A stretch of 18,018 bases of DNA, taken from NCBI GenBank assembly GCA_043729865.1, contig JAYTKX010000014.1, positions 1 through 18,018 of the forward strand. The letters run 5' to 3'. Made by a program: the position numbers and the translations under genes. Shown here one piece after another: positions 1 through 7,423 of the stretch (the stretch's first letter is position 1; each line of letters begins with the position of its first letter). The DNA comes from Methanobacteriota archaeon (GTDB lineage Archaea > Halobacteriota > Methanosarcinia > Methanosarcinales > Methanoperedenaceae). The notes below the pieces were generated by a model that was given only the letters and a program-made list of their open reading frames with translations, made no database searches and was not told the DNA's origin.

Positions 1-2080
1 ACAGCAGATAACTGGCGCTTTTCTGTATATTATCATAGATCCGCCTACCTTCTTCAACAGCATGCACGATGGTCGCGAAATTGTCATCCGTGATGACCAT
101 ATCCGAGGCTTCCCTTGCGACATCGGTGCCCGTAATGCCCATGGCTACACCGATATCCGCTTTTTTAAGCGCAGGGGCGTCATTCACCCCGTCCCCTGTC
201 ATGGCAACGACGTGCCCGTTGCGCTTCAGGGCGTCCACTATCCTTAATTTGTGAGCCGGAGCAGCGCGGGCATAGATAGAAACAGTACGAGCTGCCCTGC
301 TCAATTCCTCATCATTCATCTTCTCTATCTCGTCCCCTTCCAGAACATCCCCATCGTCAAGCAGCCCCACAGTTTTTCCTACTGCTGTTGCTGTGAGTTT
401 ATTATCCCCGGTTATCATCACGATTTTTATTCCCGCGCTCTTGCATGTGGCAATGGCGTCTATCACTTCCTTTCTCGGTGGGTCCATCATTCCCATAAGC
501 CCCACAAAAACAAGTTCCTGTTCCACGCAGAATGTGGTATATTCATTGCATCCCTTGTCTTCAAAGATCTTTTCTGCAAAGGCAAGAACACGCAGCGCCT
601 CCTGCGCCATTTTCTTATATGCCACCATGATCCTGTTGCGGTCTTCACTATCCAGATGCCTGACAGAGCCATTTTCGTAAATATGAGAGCAAGCTTCCAG
701 CACAACTTCAGGCGCTCCCTTTATGAAAGCAGTAATGCCTTGCGGCGTCGTATGCAGTGTGCTCATGAGCCTGCGCTCGCTGTCAAATGGAAGTTCGGTG
801 ATGCGGGGATAGCGTTCATCCAAGCCTCCTTTTTTTCCAGCTACAAGCAGAGCGCCCTCTGTGGGGTCGCCAATTATGCGCCATCCTCCATCACTATCGA
901 GAAATGAGTTATTACACATCATCCCGATCTTCAAAAGCTCAGAAAGATGCGCATCCTTCGACGGCTGGATCGCCGCGCCGTCCCTGATGAATTCCCCTTC
1001 CGGGATGTAGCCGCTGCCTGTCACTTCGATGCTCGCGTCCGTATAGACCACCCTCACCGTCATCTCGCCTCTGGTGATCGTACCTGTTTTATCAGAGCAT
1101 ATCACGGTGGCGCAGCCAAGAGTCTCCACAGCCGGAAGGCTTCTGATGATCGCATTGCGCTTAGCCATCCTCTGTGTACCGATAGCAAGGGTGGCTGTGA
1201 CTATGAATGGCAAAGCCTCTGGTATACCCGCTACCGCAAGGGCAGCCGCAATTACCAGCATTCCAGAAATATCCTGCCCGCGCAGCGTCCCTGCGATAAA
1301 AATGATAAGGCAGGCAAGCAAAACTATTTTTGCAAGCTGCGTGGCAAGTTTTCCGAATTTTTTCTTAAGGGGTGGCTCTTCATCATCTATCTGGATCATC
1401 TGAGCGATGCTGCCTATCTGCGTATTTTTCCCCGTGCCTGCTACCACTGCTATGCCGTTGCCCTTTGCCACAACTGTACCCATGAAGACCATATTCTTCT
1501 GTTCTGCAACAGGCGTATCATAGCTCAACGCATCCGTATATTTTGATACAGGATGAGACTCGCCAGTCAGTGAAGATTCCACAGTTTCAAGATTGATCGC
1601 CTCTATCAGCCTTGAATCTGCCGGTATCCTGTCTCCAGCCTCGATATAGATTATATCTCCTGGTACCAGTTCATTTATCGGTACTTTTTTAAGTGTTCCG
1701 TCGCGAAGTACTCTTGCTTCAAAGGCGACCATTTTTTTTAGGGCTTCCATCGCCCGCTCTGCCCTGTATTCCTGAACAAAACCAAGGACAGAGATGAATA
1801 AGATAATAAAAAGTATCACAAATGCGTTGGTGGTTTCACCTGTGAAGGCTGAGATAATTGCAGCGCCAATAAGGATGAGGATAAGGTAATTCTTGAACTG
1901 CGATAGGAAAATCCCGAGAGGTGATATCTTTTTCTTTTCAGGCAATTCATTAAAACCAAAAGTCAAAAGCCGATTTTTTACATCATCCGACTTCAAACCC
2001 GGTCTGGCAGATTGCAAGCGTTGAAAAACTGTCCCTATATCAAATGCGTACCACTTTTCGTTCTTCCCCGGATTATTCAT
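1..2080 (-). CDS. P-type (E1-E2) cation-transporting ATPase, Ca2+-ATPase-like; N-terminal ~693 codons, C-terminus runs off the window
   Basis: Absent from the ORF track because it has no stop in the window. My minus-strand translation from ATG 2080-2078 stays open to base 2: MNNPGKNEKWYAFDIGTVFQRLQSARPGLKSDDVKNRLLTFGFNELPEKKK... It contains LTGESHPV (actuator TGES), ICSDKTGTIT (phosphorylation site), IVMITGDNK and MTGDGVNDAPALKKADIGVAMG (hinge), and ends ...AVEEGRRIYDNIQKSASYLL at the edge. Confidence 0.9.
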   Translation of the reverse strand, partial: MNNPGKNEKWYAFDIGTVFQRLQSARPGLKSDDVKNRLLTFGFNELPEKKKISPLGIFLSQFKNYLILILIGAAIISAFTGETTNAFVILFIILFISVLGFVQEYRAERAMEALKKMVAFEARVLRDGTLKKVPINELVPGDIIYIEAGDRIPADSRLIEAINLETVESSLTGESHPVSKYTDALSYDTPVAEQKNMVFMGTVVAKGNGIAVVAGTGKNTQIGSIAQMIQIDDEEPPLKKKFGKLATQLAKIVLLACLIIFIAGTLRGQDISGMLVIAAALAVAGIPEALPFIVTATLAIGTQRMAKRNAIIRSLPAVETLGCATVICSDKTGTITRGEMTVRVVYTDASIEVTGSGYIPEGEFIRDGAAIQPSKDAHLSELLKIGMMCNNSFLDSDGGWRIIGDPTEGALLVAGKKGGLDERYPRITELPFDSERRLMSTLHTTPQGITAFIKGAPEVVLEACSHIYENGSVRHLDSEDRNRIMVAYKKMAQEALRVLAFAEKIFEDKGCNEYTTFCVEQELVFVGLMGMMDPPRKEVIDAIATCKSAGIKIVMITGDNKLTATAVGKTVGLLDDGDVLEGDEIEKMNDEELSRAARTVSIYARAAPAHKLRIVDALKRNGHVVAMTGDGVNDAPALKKADIGVAMGITGTDVAREASDMVITDDNFATIVHAVEEGRRIYDNIQKSASYLL

Positions 2081-2198
2081 ATAAGATGATTCTTTCTTAG
2101 TTTTTCAAATGTTTGAGTGCCTTTCTTTGTCAGAATATACCTCTTCCACGTATGCTTTTCAGGTGTAATATCCATTTTGTCAGTTCGTCTATCTCCAT
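2077..2198 (-). pseudogene. Relic of a winged-helix regulator gene (wing plus C-terminal helix only), paralogous to the 3' end of the 5767-6288 gene
   Basis: Codon-by-codon minus-strand read of 2175->2077 gives MDITPEKHTWKRYILTKKGTQTFEKLRKNHLI*. About 20/30 residues match LTPGKHTWKKYIPTEKGTKVFEKLKKNNLIN of the 173-aa regulator. A second frame from ATG 2198 reads MEIDELTKW..., resembling MRELEEHGLIK of the paralog, which implies one frameshift. Its TGA overlaps the ATPase ATG (ATGA). Only ~50 nt separate it from the purC stop, so a full wHTH domain cannot fit. Confidence 0.45.
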
Positions 2199-2224
2199 TA
2201 TTTTAAAAATATACTTATTAGCTA

Positions 2225-2953
2225 TTAATCTTTTGTAATTCTGTTGAAAATTTCAAGGTAGGCAGCAGATAAATCACCTTTGTTTTTCCTGAATACATCC
2301 TTATCTAAACCCACGAATTCGCCTCTGATATACGCCTGCCTGTCCCAGAATCGACAGCCGTCGGGCGTGCCAACCTCATCCGCAAGAAGTATTTCGCCGA
2401 GGCGGCTGAACATAATGTCGTTGACTTTCTCTGTAACCTCGGATATGTACTTCAGTTCCGTCTCTGTCATCCAGCCCTCATAAATAATTTCCTCTGTGTT
2501 CACTGGTCTGTCCACTGCCTCGAACTTGGTTGTGAACTCAAGCATGCCGTTTGGAATTGGAGCGCCTTCCCTTGCGTCTGTGCACTCAGGCAGCTTTACC
2601 TCGCCTTTCTCAAAGCGCCGCCATAGCGAGCCTGCCACATAATTCCTCCAGATAACCTCCACAGGAAGAATCTTGAGGTTCGCAACGCTCATTCTATTGG
2701 TGTTTATTTTCTTTTTGAAATGCGTGGGTATGCCTTCTTTTTCAAGTATCTTGAACCAGTAGGCTGCCAGGCTGCAACACACCTTTCCTTTGTGAGGATA
2801 TTCCGCCTTCTTCGCACCATCGAAAGCGGTGACCCGGTCTGTAAAATCAAAGATTATGTCGCCGCTGTCAGCAAGGTAGATGTCTTTAGCCTTACCTTTC
2901 CCGATTAGTTTCATAAAATCTATGTTGTGCTGCGAGTTTAAATAATTTATCAT
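2225..2953 (-). CDS. purC: Phosphoribosylaminoimidazole-succinocarboxamide (SAICAR) synthase
   Basis: The 242-aa ORF carries LIGKGKAKDIY, FTDRVTAFDGAKK and LADEVGTPDGCRFWD, the typical PurC signatures. An alternative start at ATG 2914 (MKLIGKGKAK...) matches usual PurC N-termini better. It would also put the shared AT-rich motif at 2939-2955 in the promoter. Confidence 0.9.
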   Translation of the reverse strand: MINYLNSQHNIDFMKLIGKGKAKDIYLADSGDIIFDFTDRVTAFDGAKKAEYPHKGKVCCSLAAYWFKILEKEGIPTHFKKKINTNRMSVANLKILPVEVIWRNYVAGSLWRRFEKGEVKLPECTDAREGAPIPNGMLEFTTKFEAVDRPVNTEEIIYEGWMTETELKYISEVTEKVNDIMFSRLGEILLADEVGTPDGCRFWDRQAYIRGEFVGLDKDVFRKNKGDLSAAYLEIFNRITKD

Positions 2954-2955
2954 AT
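2939..2955. repeat. 17-nt exact repeat TAAATAATTTATCATAT, copy 1 (partner at 3589-3605)
   Basis: Exact match read directly. It covers the annotated purC ATG (2953-2951) and its first codons on the minus strand. Confidence 0.8.
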
Positions 2956-2976
2956 TTTGTAATAATAAGTTAAACT

Positions 2977-3519
2977 TCAGCTATGCTTAACTGATCGATA
3001 CGATTCAGCAAGCATGATATTAGTTCTCACAACAGAAGAAGCGAATTCTGTATGTTCAGCAGTAACCTCTTCCAGCCTGTCAGCCTCGATTTGCCCCACT
3101 ACCACAGCGCCGTCCTTTACAGCTCTTCCGGAGGCGATATTTACGCCCCTGACCAGCGCCCTGTGCGAAACGAAGCAGCTATCGCCTATCGAACAATCAA
3201 AAATCACAGCGCCAAAGCCGATAAAACAGTTTTTTCCAACGTCTGCCGGTCCGTGAACGATGCAGCCGTGGGATAGAGAGGTATGATCACCAACTACCAC
3301 CTTTGTATTCGTAAGTGCATGGATAATCACGTTATCCTGGATATTGCAGCCTTTCCCTATTATTATTGCAGAGCCCGGCTCATCAGCGCGGATGCTGGCA
3401 TGCGGGGCTATGAATACCTGCTCGCCGATAATTACGTTCCCTGTTATCACTGCAGATTCGCTAACGTATGCGCTTGGGCTTATGATGGGCAATTCTCCTG
3501 CAGGATTCTTTAACAACAT
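2977..3519 (-). CDS. Gamma-class carbonic anhydrase (Cam family, CamH-like short form), left-handed beta-helix
   Basis: The 180-aa ORF has hexapeptide periodicity. ASIRADEPG...NIQDNVIIHAL...SLSHGCIVHGPADVG...GQIEADRLEEVTAEH...MLAESY is colinear with Methanosarcina thermophila Cam as I recall it. The three Zn-ligand His are present (HAL, and H-x4-H in SHGCIVH). The acidic loop and the Glu after HAL are absent, as in the CamH subclass. No signal peptide is present. Confidence 0.85.
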   Translation of the reverse strand: MLLKNPAGELPIISPSAYVSESAVITGNVIIGEQVFIAPHASIRADEPGSAIIIGKGCNIQDNVIIHALTNTKVVVGDHTSLSHGCIVHGPADVGKNCFIGFGAVIFDCSIGDSCFVSHRALVRGVNIASGRAVKDGAVVVGQIEADRLEEVTAEHTEFASSVVRTNIMLAESYRSVKHS

Positions 3520-3530
3520 TTTCTCCTCTG

Positions 3531-3553
3531 TATGAGTTTTTATTAGTGATTAT
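3531..3553. repeat. 23-nt repeat TATGAGTTTTTATTAGTGATTAT, copy 1 (partner at 4751-4773, 21/23 identical)
   Basis: Read directly. It lies 128 nt upstream of frhB-like ATG 3659. Confidence 0.7.
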
Positions 3554-3588
3554 TAATAATATATCAAAGCCGACACTACCACAAGGTA

Positions 3589-3605
3589 TAAATAATTTAT
3601 CATAT
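3589..3605. repeat. 17-nt exact repeat TAAATAATTTATCATAT, copy 2 (partner at 2939-2955), followed by a degenerate tandem copy at 3606-3625
   Basis: Exact match read directly. It lies in the divergent promoter region ~70-85 nt upstream of the carbonic anhydrase ATG on the minus strand. Confidence 0.8.
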
Positions 3606-3658
3606 AGTATAATAAATTATCATGTTTAAACATTAACTTTTGAAAAATGGAGGTAAAG

Positions 3659-4705
3659 ATGCTGGATTACTACCCAACACCCGGCTTTGGTAAGTTAAAG
3701 TCTGACATAATTGATAAGGGGCTCTGCACAGGCTGTAGTATATGCACTGTCATGTGCCGCCTTGAGAACATAGTCTTTGATGAACGCCCTGTCATGAAAC
3801 AGGAGTGCGCAAGCTGCCAGTTGTGCACCATAGTATGCCCCAGAGCATGTGAGACTTCCCAGATACTCCAAAAAGAATGGGAAATTTATAACAAACATGC
3901 TCTTTTCCAATCTGCCAGGAGTACAGACGAGGGCATCCTGAAGGTCTGCCAGGATGGAGGAGTAACCACCAGCCTTCTCTGGTACGCTTTGAGTAAAGGG
4001 CTTATCAACGGTGCGGTGGTATCGGGAGTTAAAGACCTGAAACCAGTTCCTATGGTTGCTACAACGTATGAAGAGCTGGTCTCCTCGGCAGGGGTGCGAT
4101 ACTCTCCTTCCCCTACTTACCAGGCTCTTTTGCCCTTCACCAAAAACAATAGTTTCAATGGACTCCGCTACAGTCCAAGGCTTGGACTCGTGGGTACACC
4201 ATGCCAGATACTTGCCCTAAGGAATCTGCAAATGTCTGGAGTGAATGGAGCGGTTCTGGAACCATCAGATTCTATTGAGTTCACAATCGGGCTTTTCTGC
4301 ATGGAGCAGTTTGATGGCGAACTGACAAACCACCTGAAAAAAACGATGGACATGCAGGGCGCTAAAAAGTTCAAGATGAATAAAAATGGCTTAACCATCA
4401 TCTTTTCTGATGGTAGAAAGATTCTGATAGAAAATAAGGAATTGAATGCGTTCGTAAGATACAACTGCCGCTTCTGCACGGACTTTACTTCTATGTATGC
4501 TGACATTTCAGTAGGAAGTGCAGGGTCTCCGAGCGGGTGGACAACGGTGATAATAAAAAGCGATATTGGAAGATCGATTTATTACGGCGCGCTCAGAAGC
4601 GGGTTCATAGTTGAGAATCCGAAATCCCCGAACATGCGCGCTATCGAAAGGCTATCAAGCAAAAAAATGGAGCAAGGCAAAAAGATAAATCTTCATTCCA
4701 ATTAA
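3659..4705 (+). CDS. Coenzyme F420 hydrogenase/dehydrogenase beta-subunit family protein (FrhB/FdhB/FpoF-like) with an N-terminal 2x[4Fe-4S] ferredoxin domain
   Basis: CTGCSICTVMC and CASCQLCTIVCP are two ferredoxin-type Cys clusters. CQDGGVTTSLLWYALSKGLINGAVV, VGTPCQILALRN and CRFCTDFTSMYADISVGSAG are FrhB N- and C-domain signatures. The ORF opens at ATG 3647, but the GGAGG SD favours ATG 3659 (MLDYYPTPGF...). Confidence 0.8.
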   Translation: MLDYYPTPGFGKLKSDIIDKGLCTGCSICTVMCRLENIVFDERPVMKQECASCQLCTIVCPRACETSQILQKEWEIYNKHALFQSARSTDEGILKVCQDGGVTTSLLWYALSKGLINGAVVSGVKDLKPVPMVATTYEELVSSAGVRYSPSPTYQALLPFTKNNSFNGLRYSPRLGLVGTPCQILALRNLQMSGVNGAVLEPSDSIEFTIGLFCMEQFDGELTNHLKKTMDMQGAKKFKMNKNGLTIIFSDGRKILIENKELNAFVRYNCRFCTDFTSMYADISVGSAGSPSGWTTVIIKSDIGRSIYYGALRSGFIVENPKSPNMRAIERLSSKKMEQGKKINLHSN

Positions 4706-4750
4706 AGCTATGCGAAAGTAGATTCTCACCGCATTGCCAGTAGCTTATTA

Positions 4751-4773
4751 TATGACTTTTTATTAGTAATTAT
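4751..4773. repeat. 23-nt repeat TATGACTTTTTATTAGTAATTAT, copy 2 (partner at 3531-3553)
   Basis: Read directly. It lies 140 nt upstream of exchanger ATG 4891, so the two copies bracket the frhB-like gene as direct repeats. Confidence 0.7.
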
Positions 4774-4890
4774 GACAACATATTTAAACCATGCGCTTAT
4801 CTGTAAATCTGATAAAATGATTTAAGAAAATTATTCGTAAGAGTTGAAATCAGAAGTATTAAAGACATAAAAAGCTTCAGGTTGATAACA

Positions 4891-5244
4891 ATGCCATCAG
4901 AAATGACCTCAACTTTAATATTTTTCCTTATTTCAATCCCCATTATTATCAAATCCAGCGATATTTTCACCGAAGGAGCTTCAAAACTGGCAAAGATGCT
5001 TGGAGTTTCTGATTTTATCATCGGGATAACTATTGTGGCGCTGGGTACCTCGCTGCCTGAACTCGCTTCAGATACCTATGCTTCCTACATCGACCACGGT
5101 CAAATAGCTATTGGGGATATCATAGGGAGCAATATCACCAACATCGCCCTGATCCTGGGTCTGACATGCGTTATTAAACCGCTTGTCATAAAACACACCG
5201 AGATATACAGCGGCTGGATACATCTTATGATATTCTGTATCTGA
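4891..5244 (+). CDS. Na+/Ca2+ exchanger (CaCA/YrbG-NCX_Mj family), N-terminal half with alpha-1 repeat; truncated
   Basis: GITIVALGTSLPELASD and IGDIIGSNITNIALILGL form the alpha-1 repeat signature. The ORF stops after ~TM3-4 (…IYSGWIHLMIFCI*). The track starts it at TTG 4882; the first ATG is at 4891. Confidence 0.7.
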   Translation: MPSEMTSTLIFFLISIPIIIKSSDIFTEGASKLAKMLGVSDFIIGITIVALGTSLPELASDTYASYIDHGQIAIGDIIGSNITNIALILGLTCVIKPLVIKHTEIYSGWIHLMIFCI

Positions 5245-5320
5245 AAAACGCAATTGAAAAATATCGTGAACTTGGTGTAGAGACTATAGAAAAAAACGAT
5301 TTGAAAAAAATATATTCGAA

Positions 5321-5755
5321 GTGCTCATTGGACTGGCTGGAATACTCATAGGAGCACATCTTCTTGTAAATTCCATAATCGGTCTCTCAACGGCTTTTGG
5401 GATATCGGAATATCTTATTGCGCTTGTGCTTATGGCTGTCGGGACATCTCTGCCTGAGCTATTTGTTTCTGTATCGGCTGCGCGGAAGGGTTATATGACT
5501 ATGGCTCTTGGGAATATCATTGGAAGTAATGTTGCCAATATACTGTGGGTCCTTGGAGCTGCCGCAATTATCAGACCCATCAGAATAGATACTGAACTTA
5601 TTTTTGTTCAACTCATATTCATGCTGCTGCTCTCTGTTCTGCTGATTATTTTTAAAAAATCAGGTTATGTTATTGACAGGAAAGAAGGGGCTGTTTTTCT
5701 GGGGATATATGTAATTTTTGTTCTGTTGAGCGTAGCTTCAGCAATTAAATTATAA
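5321..5755 (+). CDS. Na+/Ca2+ exchanger (CaCA family), C-terminal half with alpha-2 repeat; separate frame, GTG start
   Basis: LMAVGTSLPELFVSVSAARKG and LGNIIGSNVANILWVLG form the alpha-2 repeat, within five predicted TM segments. The frame differs from the N-terminal half, and the linker loop is readable only in the third frame (see finding). Confidence 0.7.
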   Translation: MLIGLAGILIGAHLLVNSIIGLSTAFGISEYLIALVLMAVGTSLPELFVSVSAARKGYMTMALGNIIGSNVANILWVLGAAAIIRPIRIDTELIFVQLIFMLLLSVLLIIFKKSGYVIDRKEGAVFLGIYVIFVLLSVASAIKL

Positions 5756-5764
5756 AGAATAATT

Positions 5765-5780
5765 ATTTAATTAATTAAAT
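5765..5780. terminator. 16-nt perfect AT palindrome ATTTAATTAATTAAAT between convergent genes, followed by a T5 run
   Basis: The sequence is self-complementary as read. It sits in or overlaps the 11-nt gap between the exchanger stop (5755) and the wHTH gene stop (5767). TTTTT at 5783-5787 follows on the plus strand. An AT-only hairpin is weak, so its function is uncertain. Confidence 0.25.
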
Positions 5781-6288
5781 TATTTTTCTTCAGTTTTTCA
5801 AAAACCTTTGTTCCTTTTTCTGTTGGAATATACTTCTTCCATGTATGTTTTCCGGGGGTCAGGCACTTGATAAGTCCATGTTCTTCCAGTTCCCGCATTG
5901 CATAACTGATGTTCTGTAATGATCTCTCAGTCGAATCTGCTATATCTGATGCCTGTATCAATCTTTTTTCGTGCATCATTTTCAAAACGACAAGTCTTCT
6001 ATTCACTCCGAGAACCCACATTGATAATTCATCGATATTGATTATTCCAAGAATAAATAATTTAAGCAGTTGTTCATTGGGATCTGATAAGCAGTCCAAT
6101 TGATCCATGATGTTTTCCTCCAGGGACTGCTGCTGCATCAATGAATCACCTTCCCGTTCAATACATGGTTTGTTCGTCTGGGGCTCACTTTTTGAGGAGA
6201 ATGGAATTATGGCTGTAAAATAAACCAGGATTATAAATATGACTAACAGAATGCGCAGGTTTTTATAAAACGGTTTTTCATCATTCAT
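5767..6288 (-). CDS. Membrane-anchored winged-helix (MarR/ArsR-like) transcriptional regulator
   Basis: The 173-aa ORF has an N-terminal hydrophobic helix (LRILLVIFIILVYFTAIIPF). The C-terminal part reads RLVVLKMMHEKRLIQASDIADSTERSLQNISYAMRELEEHGLIKCLTPGKHTWKKYIPTEKG, with a helix-turn-helix plus wing pattern. Confidence 0.65.
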   Translation of the reverse strand: MNDEKPFYKNLRILLVIFIILVYFTAIIPFSSKSEPQTNKPCIEREGDSLMQQQSLEENIMDQLDCLSDPNEQLLKLFILGIINIDELSMWVLGVNRRLVVLKMMHEKRLIQASDIADSTERSLQNISYAMRELEEHGLIKCLTPGKHTWKKYIPTEKGTKVFEKLKKNNLIN

Positions 6289-6536
6289 GCTCGATGTCTC
6301 TTTTTAGTATTTCAATTCTATTTTCGAGGATATTATCTTTTTCTATAAACCGATGAAATTATAATAATAATCAATAACAATATAGCACAAATTAGAAAGA
6401 TTTATAACATATAATTTTAATAGTCTATCAAAACGGCTCACCATGCTCTATGTTTACTTATGGTGATTTCTGTTAAACAAAGGAGGAAACAATACATGGA
6501 CACATTAAAGATAAAGAAAAAAGGAGTGGGATATTA

Positions 6537-7268
6537 ATGGTGGATATATCTTTACTTGATCCGACAACACTGACAAATATTCTATTGATAGCCATCAGCG
6601 GGACACTTGTTTGCATAGGCGTGCACTTTGTGCCTGTCGGCGGCGCTCCTGCGGCAATGGCACAGGCTACAGGCATAGGAACTGGGACAGTGGAACTTGC
6701 AGCAGGTTCAGGGCTTGTGGGGTTGATAACAGCGGCTTACATGTATGCAAATGTGGAGAATGCCCCAATGTCTTTAGTACTTGCTGCAGGAGCAATGGGT
6801 TCCATGATAATGATCTCAAGTGCAATGCTTGCTGCCAGTCTGATCTATGCCTATGGTGTAGGAGTTCCTTTTGCATCAGCGCAGGTCAAACGCGACCCCA
6901 TAACACGGGAACGCCAGGACACCTATATGTCCAAAGGTACTCAGGGGCAGGGAATCCCGACCGTTTGTTTTGTAAGCGGAGTAATAGGCGCTGCGCTTGG
7001 CGGGATCGGAGGGGCGCTCATATATTTTGTCCTTATAGGCATATACGGTCAATTAATGAGCGGCGTAAGTGCGGCTGCGGTTGCAGGTGTATTTACCATG
7101 GGAGTTTTCTATGTTAATGCTGTTGTTCCATCATACGGCGTGGGCGGAACGATAGAGGGATTCCATGATCCCAAGTTCAGGCGCGTTCTTCCGAAGGACG
7201 TTATCACAAGCTTTTTCGTGAGCCTTGTCCTGGGTATCGTGGCAGTATTGATCGCGACAGGAATGTAA
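6537..7268 (+). CDS. mtrD: Tetrahydromethanopterin S-methyltransferase subunit D homolog, stand-alone copy
   Basis: The 243-aa polytopic membrane ORF carries HFVPVGGAPAAMAQATGIGTGT, KRDPIT, QGIPTVCFVSGVIGAALGGIGGAL and NAVVPSYGVGGTIEGFHDPKF. These match the conserved MtrD blocks as I remember them. AAGGAG at 6521-6526 precedes the ATG. No other mtr gene is adjacent. Confidence 0.85.
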   Translation: MVDISLLDPTTLTNILLIAISGTLVCIGVHFVPVGGAPAAMAQATGIGTGTVELAAGSGLVGLITAAYMYANVENAPMSLVLAAGAMGSMIMISSAMLAASLIYAYGVGVPFASAQVKRDPITRERQDTYMSKGTQGQGIPTVCFVSGVIGAALGGIGGALIYFVLIGIYGQLMSGVSAAAVAGVFTMGVFYVNAVVPSYGVGGTIEGFHDPKFRRVLPKDVITSFFVSLVLGIVAVLIATGM

Positions 7269-7279
7269 TTTGTAAAATA

Positions 7280-7423
7280 ATGAGATGTAAACACTGCGGG
7301 CACACTGTCAGTATGGGAGGAGGTATGTGCTTTCATACGGAGAATGGCTTCTCCCATACCTGCAAGATATGCGGCTGCAGGTTTCCGGAACATGATGAGG
7401 AAGAAATTGGAGAAAAGACATGA
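7280..7423 (+). CDS. Small zinc-ribbon protein (47 aa)
   Basis: It falls below the track size cut-off. My read is MRCKHCGHTVSMGGGMCFHTENGFSHTCKICGCRFPEHDEEEIGEKT*, with CxxC ... CxxC pairs and an acidic tail. It starts 12 nt after the mtrD stop, and its TGA overlaps the next ATG (ATGA at 7420-7423). Confidence 0.4.
   Translation: MRCKHCGHTVSMGGGMCFHTENGFSHTCKICGCRFPEHDEEEIGEKT

Larger units (their letters stand above)
3520..3658. promoter_or_regulatory. Divergent AT-rich promoter region between the carbonic anhydrase gene (-) and the frhB-like gene (+)
   Basis: Tandem ~20-nt units GGTATAAATAATTTATCATAT (3585-3605) and AGTATAATAAATTATCATGT (3606-3625) carry TATA-like cores readable on both strands. 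GGAGG at 3649-3653 lies 5 nt before ATG 3659. CTCC at 3524-3527 is a minus-strand GGAG 4 nt before the CA gene ATG. Confidence 0.4.

Noticed and set aside
62-1546. Plus-strand track ORFs (62-247, 69-254, 251-907, 393-680, 947-1546, 1074-1403) and minus ORF 487-705
   Set aside because: All lie antisense to, or out of frame with, the long minus-strand P-type ATPase reading frame, which carries unmistakable motifs (TGES, DKTGT, GDGVNDAPAL). Their products are low-complexity, Cys/His/Arg-rich and show no motifs.
3014-3535. Plus-strand ORFs 3014-3256, 3052-3276, 3283-3513 and 3344-3535
   Set aside because: They lie antisense to the carbonic anhydrase gene. The hexapeptide-repeat periodicity and His ligands are present only in the minus frame.
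4797-5253. Minus-strand ORFs 4797-5021 and 5068-5253
   Set aside because: They are antisense shadows over the exchanger 5' region, with no motifs. The plus frame carries the GTSLPEL alpha-repeat.
6473-7393. ORFs 6473-6676(-), 6611-7117(+, 168 aa, Cys/Arg-rich), 6667-6876(-) and 7109-7393(-)
   Set aside because: These are alternative-frame or antisense shadows of the GC-rich mtrD gene and the Zn-ribbon ORF. The mtrD frame holds the conserved blocks and these do not.
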